A stretch of 64,000 nucleotides of DNA from Corallococcus exiguus (GTDB lineage Bacteria > Myxococcota > Myxococcia > Myxococcales > Myxococcaceae). The stretch lies in assembly GCF_017302975.1 (NCBI RefSeq), contig NZ_JAFIMT010000003.1, one strand, 5' to 3'. The notes under the pieces were generated by a model, which did no database searches, was not told the origin of the DNA, and saw only the letters and a program-made list of their open reading frames with translations. The stretch's first letter is position 1; every line of letters starts with the position of its first letter. This document shows positions 58,901 through 64,000 of the stretch, one piece after another. Both the position numbers and the translations under genes were made by a program.

Positions 58901-59522
58901 CAAGCATCCCTTCCGGCTGCTCCGGGCCCACGGCGAGCACGCCCAGACCGAAGCCGTGCTCGAACTCGAAGGAGGGATACTGGCCCTTGAGTTCCTCCCA
59001 CAGTTGCCAGACGCCGAAGTTGCGCTCGTGCACGTGGGTGTCGTGGAAGAGGATGACGCCGCGCGCGCTCATCTTGGGGCGCCAGTGCTCGAAGTCCGCC
59101 TTCACCTGGGCGTATTCGTGGCAGCCGTCGATGTGGAGCAGGTCGATGGAGCCGTCCGCGAACTGGCCGAGGGCCTCGTCGAAGGTCACCTGGTGCAGTT
59201 GGGAGAACCGGCTGTAGAGCGGGTCATGGTGCGCGCGCAGGTCCGCGAGCACGTCCGGCCCGTAGAAGCCCGCGTGCGGGTCACCCTGCCAGGTGTCCAC
59301 CGCGTGGCAGCGCGTCTCCAGCTTCAGCGCGTCCACCGCCTGGCAGAACGCGGAGTAGGACACGCCGGTGTGCGCGCCCAGCTCCACCAGCGTCGAGGGA
59401 CGCAGCAGGTCCACCAGGAACATCGCGAACGGGACGTGCTCCACCCAGGCTGAGGAGGCCAGCAGCCGCAGGGGCTGCGTGAGGCAGAGGGGGTGTTCCA
59501 GGGGATTGAGCTGTGGATGCAT
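55905..59522 (-). CDS. 1200-aa fusion: class I SAM methyltransferase + coiled-coil spacer + two GT-B (GT4-like) glycosyltransferase domains
   Basis: The N-terminus has a TylF/CmcI-like MTase (HIDGCHEY...ILFHDT). A roughly 130-aa heptad-rich region follows ([29 protein letters not shown]...). Two GT-B modules with E-x7-E-type motifs come after ([12 protein letters not shown]; the second is around [12 protein letters not shown]). A TTG at 59561 is an alternative start. Confidence 0.75.
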   Translation of the reverse strand: MHPQLNPLEHPLCLTQPLRLLASSAWVEHVPFAMFLVDLLRPSTLVELGAHTGVSYSAFCQAVDALKLETRCHAVDTWQGDPHAGFYGPDVLADLRAHHDPLYSRFSQLHQVTFDEALGQFADGSIDLLHIDGCHEYAQVKADFEHWRPKMSARGVILFHDTHVHERNFGVWQLWEELKGQYPSFEFEHGFGLGVLAVGPEQPEGMLALTSTRDAEREHVRQAFATLGGRLTLLLHRQHLRDAYGQKEQQAADHARQAQQLQAELDAAREAARDTASTLREFEGRLARQGLAQRMLQEELGRKNARIYELDAHVARQGSELAHINGSLAWKAINRYWSMRERVLPPGTKRGHLYQKSKGTLHKVGAKLIKLPAKQGALKALRAAKAALKPAAPVAPAAPIAAVVAPSAPLAPPAPWTAPLTQLSQASLGRRILIIAELSLPQCKRYRVDQKVAMFHRLGYDVTVLRWNDHEECKAALQFHGLVIYYRVPAFPGVEELLAETKRLGLPHFFDVDDLIFDVEEYQKNTNVQRLPENERELLLNGAKLYRKALSLCEHAIASTPTIAEQMARVISGKVYVVENCLDDGILELAREMEARPPAVDADTVTIGYGSGTRTHDADFAIAADAILAVMERHPNVRLAIHGFLELPAGFERFSDRVFRIPFLDADDYLRALASWQISIAPLETTVFNDAKSNIKFIEASIFRVPAVCSGSGPFREIIDHGRNGFVATTREEWESGLSALVQDASLRKRMGEEAHRSVMARYHPAVVATERLQPILQHLPPAPPPRLKVLEANILFAPLSFGGATVVAEQLAHQLKAEGCDVTVFTGILNSPLPAYSVVRYEALGLPVIATQVPALTDRAQEYQNPRMGETFTQVLKAVRPDVVHFHSIQLLTSTLATACAAEGIPYTITVHDAWWLCERQFMVREDATYCGQKGIDLRVCTKCVPDSRYTFKRTFALRKVLDGAALLMAPSEFQRQLYIANGVAPERIVVNKNGVLLPTRARAPRPANAPVRFAYLGGHAVHKGYFWLKDILESVPESGWVLKMTDIQLRMGSASIDAKEWKVKGQVEVVRPYDQDGMDAFFDGVDVLLMPSQCKESFGLTVREAMARNVWVVTTASGGVSEDIVEGVNGNVVDMTDADGFRRVLRDLVAHPERLSRAPSSQRTTVRDYETQAKELHGLLSGLVNPPARSAAREDASATAVSR

Positions 59523-59672
59523 GTTCGTGGCGTCCGGAAGGCAGACCCTCGCAGCAGGCAAGGCACGCCCCCCTCTCCTTGGCGGATGTCCTCCATGTCA
59601 CCCCCCTCCGGGAGCGTCAAGGCTGGCAGCCCGCCCGCTCCCCATGGGAGGAGGCGCGTTCGCTGTTCATTT

Positions 59673-62189
59673 CTACGGTGTCTGGAGAAAGCCGAGGCGC
59701 GGATGTCCGGTGGGGTCGGTCCGTCCCGCGCGGACCCACGCTTCACGGAGCCGGTCGGCGTCGTGGGTGGCCTCGGGTGCGTCGTCCTGGGAATGGGTGC
59801 GCACGAGTCGCGCATGGGGAGCGTAGAGGACGCGCAGCCCGGCTTCGCTCGCGCGCAGGCACAGGTCCACGCCCCGGGCCTCGTCGGACGTGAAGGCCGC
59901 GTCCCAACCTCCGAGCGACTCCAGGACCTCGCGGCGGATCATCGCGCAGGCACTGGAGACGGCGCGCACGTCCCGCGGCCAATGCGAGCCGCCGAATGCG
60001 CCGAGCGTGGGATCGAACATCCCCGCGAAGGGACGCAGCACCCGGCCCTCGGCGTCGAAGCGCAGCCCGGCCTCCAGCACCAGGCCCCAGGGAGAGACGA
60101 TGCGCGCGCCCACCACGCCGACGCCGGGGCGCGAAGCCTGCGACGCGAGTTCCCGCAGCCACCCCGGTCCGGTCGGAAGCGTGCCTGCCTCCAGGACGAG
60201 GATGAGTTCGCCCCGGGCCTCGCGCAGCAACTGGTTCGCCACGGCGCCCGGGGTCGCGGCCGCGTCTACCTGGACGCGGATGGCGTTGCCGGTGGAGGAA
60301 GCGGCTGGATACGAAACAGGGACGCTGACCTCCACGTCCAGGTCGTCCGTGAAGGCGAGGAGCGCCGTGAGCTCGTCCTCGGTGGGCGCCTCCGAGAGCA
60401 GCACGGACACCCGGGGACGGCCCACGAGCGGGTGGCGGATCCGGTACAGACCTGGCGAGACCGTCTCCGCGGAGCCGCCCTCCCCCATTCGCACCAGATG
60501 CTCCGCCACGGCCCTGCGGCCTGCTTCGGAGGCCGCGGGCTTCGCGCTCGCGTCCGTGGCCGTGGAGCCGGGCAGCGTCCTCCAGTGGTAGAGCACGCGG
60601 GGGATGTGCTCGAAGCGCCCAGTGCGCTCCATCAGGCGAAGCAGCAGGTCGTGGTCCTGCGCTCCCTCGAAGCCAGGGCGGATACCGCCCACCTCGCGCA
60701 GCAGCGATGTGCGCACCACGAGGAAGTGGCACACGTAGTTCACCGCGCGCAGCAACTCCGGAGACAGAGAGGGCTTCAGGTATGGCGCGAAGCGCAGCCC
60801 CTGCGCGTCCACCTTGTCCTCATCCGAGTAGACGACGTCCGCGGCTGGCGCCTCACCAAGCCGCAGCACGACCTCGGCCAGCGCGTGCGGCGCCAGCAGG
60901 TCGTCGTGGTCGAGGAAGCCTACGTACTCGCCGGTGGCCAGAGCCAGCGCGGCGTTGGTCGCGCGTGCGATGCCCTGGTTCGACTCCAACCGCTCGAAGC
61001 GAATCCGCGCGTCGCCGGCCGCGGCCTCTCGCAACGTGTCCGCCACCGCCGACGAGCGCGACCCGTCGTCGACGATGCACAGTTCCCAGTGCGGATACAC
61101 CTGAGCACGCACGGACGCGACGCATGCGCGGAGGACGTCCACCGGCGTCTCCCATGCGGGCGTGACCAGACTGATCCGCGGCCGACGCTCCAGCCGTGCC
61201 AGCGCGGCGGTCGCGTCGCGGACCTCGAGGGCTTCTCGCTCCAGGGCGTCGCGCGTGTACCCGACTGGCGCGGGCAAAAGCACGGCCGGACGGGCCACGC
61301 CCAGGAGGTGCCGCAACAGTCGGACGGTCGCGTGATTGAAGGCGACCTGCCGCCGCCACAGCTCACGCCACAGGGGCAGGCCCACTGCGCTAGCCTCTTG
61401 CGACAACACGTCGCAGCGAGCCTCCAGCGCGTCCAGTGCCTCGGCGGCGCCTTCGGTCCGGAGAGGCCATCCAGGTCTGGATAGCAGGGCCACGACCGCG
61501 AGGTTCCAGGCCCGCTGCGCCTCCAGCCCCGGCACGGAGGGAAGCCAGCGGCCCACCGCGCCCACGGGCCGCGGATCCGCGAGTCGCCCGAGTTCCTCGC
61601 GGGCCAGCTCCGGCAGTGTCCGCTCCGGTTGCCTGATCAACGCCCTCAGCTGCAGGTCGAAGCGCAGCTGGCGGTCCAGCACCCAGCGCTGCAAGGGCGA
61701 AAGCCCCCGCGTCCCCAAACGTTTGGCGGCGGTGATGACCGGGCCCCAGCGCGCGCGGTGCGACCGAGGCACGTCGAAGCCCAACACCTCGACGAAGAAA
61801 TCGCGCGGCGGATGCGCCCCGCTGCCGGGAGGTCCCGCTGTGGCCTGCGCGGCGGAGGATGACTTCCGGTCGCCCGGAGCCAACGTCGAGTCCTGCGCGG
61901 CGGAGGATGACTTCCGGTAGCCCGGAGCCAACGTCGAGTCCTGCGCGGCGGTGGATGACTTCCGGTCGCCCGGAGCCAACGTCGAGTCCTGCGCGGCGGA
62001 GGATGACTTCCGGTAGCCCGGAGCCAACGTCGAGTCCTGCGCGGCGGTGGATGGATTCGGGTCGGCAGGAGCCAACGTCGTGACCTCCGCAACGGAGGAC
62101 GACTTCCGGTCGGCCGCGTCCAAAGTCGCGGCCTCGACGCCCGGCGTCGCCCGCGAGCCACGTGGGCCGTCACTGTCGGCGGTACCCAT
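59673..62189 (-). CDS. Tandem double-GT2 glycosyltransferase with repeat-containing N-terminal region
   Basis: Two GT-A modules are present (ISLVTPAW...IVDDGS...DHDD; RVSVLLS...). An N-terminal low-complexity region is encoded by the 48-bp repeats. The ATG is at MGTADSD, 4 nt after the upstream stop. Confidence 0.7.
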   Translation of the reverse strand: MGTADSDGPRGSRATPGVEAATLDAADRKSSSVAEVTTLAPADPNPSTAAQDSTLAPGYRKSSSAAQDSTLAPGDRKSSTAAQDSTLAPGYRKSSSAAQDSTLAPGDRKSSSAAQATAGPPGSGAHPPRDFFVEVLGFDVPRSHRARWGPVITAAKRLGTRGLSPLQRWVLDRQLRFDLQLRALIRQPERTLPELAREELGRLADPRPVGAVGRWLPSVPGLEAQRAWNLAVVALLSRPGWPLRTEGAAEALDALEARCDVLSQEASAVGLPLWRELWRRQVAFNHATVRLLRHLLGVARPAVLLPAPVGYTRDALEREALEVRDATAALARLERRPRISLVTPAWETPVDVLRACVASVRAQVYPHWELCIVDDGSRSSAVADTLREAAAGDARIRFERLESNQGIARATNAALALATGEYVGFLDHDDLLAPHALAEVVLRLGEAPAADVVYSDEDKVDAQGLRFAPYLKPSLSPELLRAVNYVCHFLVVRTSLLREVGGIRPGFEGAQDHDLLLRLMERTGRFEHIPRVLYHWRTLPGSTATDASAKPAASEAGRRAVAEHLVRMGEGGSAETVSPGLYRIRHPLVGRPRVSVLLSEAPTEDELTALLAFTDDLDVEVSVPVSYPAASSTGNAIRVQVDAAATPGAVANQLLREARGELILVLEAGTLPTGPGWLRELASQASRPGVGVVGARIVSPWGLVLEAGLRFDAEGRVLRPFAGMFDPTLGAFGGSHWPRDVRAVSSACAMIRREVLESLGGWDAAFTSDEARGVDLCLRASEAGLRVLYAPHARLVRTHSQDDAPEATHDADRLREAWVRAGRTDPTGHPRLGFLQTP
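61838..62085. repeat. 48-bp tandem repeat, 4 near-perfect + about 2 degenerate copies (unit ctgcgcggcggaggatgacttccggtcgcccggagccaacgtcgagtc)
   Basis: Directly visible. Copies alternate the variants tcgccc/tagccc and gag/gtg, so there is also 96-bp super-periodicity. It encodes (AAQDSTLAPG[DY]RKSSS)n in the minus-strand GT2 frame. Confidence 0.85.
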
Positions 62190-62193
62190 CGTC

Positions 62194-63615
62194 TCAGCGC
62201 CCGCTGCCGGATTTGAGCCGGTTCGCCAGGGCCTTGAGCGTGCCGTGGACCCAGGGGATGCCGTGGACGCGGGCATTCAGCATGTCCACCACCCGGTGGC
62301 GGAACTCCCTGGCCTGGAGCGTCTCTTCGCGGATCCGCGACACGGCATCCACCCAGGCATCCAGCGGGCGCACCAGCCAGGTCCCCGGCGCCACGGCGAC
62401 GGCCGGTGGCTCGCGCGGACCGCGTACCTCGCACGAGGCGATGCCGCCCAGGAACACCGGAGGAAACAGCGCCCCCATCCGCGCGGGCAGGTCCCCGAGC
62501 CCCGACTCCATCGCCACCGGGAAGGGCCCGATGCGACTCCGGTCGATCACCATCGCGTGGACGAGCTCCGGGTGGACCACCAGGTGCTCCACCTCCAGCC
62601 GCTCCCCCAGCGGGAACGGCACCTTCGCGCGCACATACGGAGGGGTCCCCTCACCGGACGCCCACTCGGTGCGGAACGCCCGCGCCAACGCCCAGGCCTC
62701 GCGGCCCGTCTGGAGCGCACGCACCAACTCCACGTAGTGCCGCGGGTACACCAGACACCGCGCGTCCACGAACGCCAGGTACTGTCCCCGGGCCTCGCGC
62801 ACGGCCTCCGCGTACAGAGCCCCCGAGGGCGCGCGCACGGTGCGCGCCTGGAACGACCCCAGCCTGCCGTAGCGCTCCAGCGCCGCCTCCGCAGCGGACA
62901 AGTCCACGCCCTCATGCGCCGCGAGCAGCAGCTCCAGGGGCTGCTGCTCCTGACAGGCCAGCGCGAAGAGGGCCTCGTCGAGCGCCGCGTCCTGCGTCCC
63001 CGGCTCCACCGTGACGACGACACTGAGCAGCCCCGCCACCGGCGCGCGCACGGGCCCATCCGGCACCGCGACGTAGAGCCCCTCCTCCACCTGCGTGGAC
63101 GGCGCCAGCTGGGCCAGCAACGCCCGCAGCGCCTGAGCGGTGTCCTCCGCCAGCGCCGTGCCCCCAGACACGCACGGCACCACCTCACGGTGCGCCACGC
63201 GGTAGCCAGCCTCGGCCAGCCGCCGCAGCATCCGCTGTTCGGAGAGCCCCGCGCGCACCGGCGCTTCACCCGTCAACGCGCCCAGCAACGCCCGCGCCGA
63301 ACCGGCGTTGCGCAGGCTGAACACCAGCTCCGCCCCCGGTGCCTCGCGCCGCAGCGCCTCCAGCCCCGCCTCCAGTACCCGTTCGACGGCGTCGCCCTCC
63401 AGCACCACGAGCGTCGGCGTGGGCCCCTTGCCCCGCTTCCACTCCGGCCCCGGCAGCTCCCGCACGGAGCCGCCCCGAGCCCGCAGGGCCTCCGCCAGCG
63501 CAGGCGACGCGCCCACCAGGCACACCGCCGCGCCCGCGTGCGCACGCGACAGCACCAGCTCCATCCACCGCGCGGACGCGGCGGACGGAGGCGCCTCTTC
63601 GGACAGAGCGTTCAC
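62194..63615 (-). CDS. Hypothetical protein, possibly a GT-A-like/nucleotide-sugar-binding protein
   Basis: Its GTG start overlaps the upstream stop (GTGA), and it lies in the operon between GT2 genes. YLAFVDARCLVYPRHY resembles a DxD region, but assignment is weak. Confidence 0.45.
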   Translation of the reverse strand: MNALSEEAPPSAASARWMELVLSRAHAGAAVCLVGASPALAEALRARGGSVRELPGPEWKRGKGPTPTLVVLEGDAVERVLEAGLEALRREAPGAELVFSLRNAGSARALLGALTGEAPVRAGLSEQRMLRRLAEAGYRVAHREVVPCVSGGTALAEDTAQALRALLAQLAPSTQVEEGLYVAVPDGPVRAPVAGLLSVVVTVEPGTQDAALDEALFALACQEQQPLELLLAAHEGVDLSAAEAALERYGRLGSFQARTVRAPSGALYAEAVREARGQYLAFVDARCLVYPRHYVELVRALQTGREAWALARAFRTEWASGEGTPPYVRAKVPFPLGERLEVEHLVVHPELVHAMVIDRSRIGPFPVAMESGLGDLPARMGALFPPVFLGGIASCEVRGPREPPAVAVAPGTWLVRPLDAWVDAVSRIREETLQAREFRHRVVDMLNARVHGIPWVHGTLKALANRLKSGSGR

Positions 63616-64000
63616 CAGCGCCTCCGAGCGAACTCCAGATGGTGCCTGAAGTCCGCGATGCCCGCGAGCCGCCGCCCGGGCTTGAGGATGTCGGGCGTCT
63701 GGAATGGCTCGCCGCCCAGCTGCGCGTACTCACGCAGGCGGGCGTTCGTGAAGGCCGCGTCACCGTACTTCGCCCCGAGCAGGGCCGCGCTGCGGCGGAC
63801 CATCCGCTCGCGCACCGGGCTCTCTTCCCGGGTGACGGTGTAGTGGTGCACCAGCGCGGAGGGCGCCACCCGGACGGACAGCCCGGAGGCCCTCGCCCGC
63901 CACGACAGGTCCACGTCCTCGCAATACATGAAGAAGCGCTCGTCGAAGCCGCCCACCGTCGCGTGCAACTTCTTCGTCACGAGCAGCACGCAGCCGCTGC
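63612..64000 (-). CDS. GT2-family glycosyltransferase, C-terminal part (N-terminus beyond window end)
   Basis: GGFDERFFMYCEDVDLSWRARASG is the classic GT2 acceptor/ED motif. The minus-strand ORF is open to the window edge. Confidence 0.75.
   Translation of the reverse strand, partial: SGCVLLVTKKLHATVGGFDERFFMYCEDVDLSWRARASGLSVRVAPSALVHHYTVTREESPVRERMVRRSAALLGAKYGDAAFTNARLREYAQLGGEPFQTPDILKPGRRLAGIADFRHHLEFARRRW

Noticed and set aside
57360-61484. Long plus-strand ORFs (697 aa and 663 aa)
   Set aside because: They are antisense to the MTase-GT fusion and double-GT2 genes and carry no motifs.
61838-62085. Possibility that the 48-bp repeats are a CRISPR array
   Set aside because: The units are contiguous with no spacers, sit inside or at the 5' end of a GT2 gene, and there are no cas genes.

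Overview
This is a high-GC window (about 70% by eye) that looks like Myxococcota (Myxococcaceae-like) chromosome. The evidence for that is a C-terminal MYXO-CTERM sorting signal on a Kelch/HYR surface protein, a DUF2378 (TIGR02265, 'Myxococcus paralogous family') gene, many lipobox lipoproteins and Hanks-type kinases.

The window is densely coding and divides into five parts:
- 1-30.7 kb is a housekeeping/accessory mix: map, an SF2 helicase, a Ser/Thr kinase, lipoproteins, a Pat-like acyl-CoA synthetase/GNAT fusion, an NmrA/LysR divergent pair, an MnmC-like tRNA methyltransferase domain, a Kelch-HYR-MYXO-CTERM protein, an OmpA/TSP3 protein, tgt, a Cho-like GIY-YIG nuclease and an ABC-F ATPase.
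- About 30.7-38.5 kb is a visibly lower-GC island. It carries a cytoplasmic non-specific (DRGH) endonuclease convergent with a three-gene operon: trypsin-like protease, helical N-domain + trypsin-like protease + unknown C-domain, and a large STAND/NB-ARC-like P-loop NTPase with a helical-repeat C-terminus. The island ends at a decayed fragment of a paralog of the serine-hydrolase gene at 41.1 kb. I interpret this as a candidate NTPase-dependent, protease/nuclease-effector conflict or anti-phage defence system. It is the most interesting element in the window.
- 38.5-46.5 kb holds a hypothetical protein, a pseudokinase, a beta-lactamase-family hydrolase, a GST/HxlR pair, a P460-like CxxCH lipoprotein and a YihY/BrkB membrane protein.
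- 46.5-64 kb is a large surface-polysaccharide locus. It contains rmlBDAC, GT1, a methyltransferase, GT2/DUF2304/DUF2142, a 1218-aa methyltransferase-coiled-coil-GT-GT fusion, a double-GT2 with near-perfect 48-bp tandem repeats at its 5' end, and further GT genes.
- A second lower-GC insertion at about 16.1-17.9 kb carries a translationally coupled lipoprotein + cytoplasmic protein pair that could be a polymorphic toxin/immunity cassette.

No rRNA, tRNA, CRISPR array, integrase or transposase was recognisable. Many long antisense ORFs in the six-frame track are high-GC artefacts.
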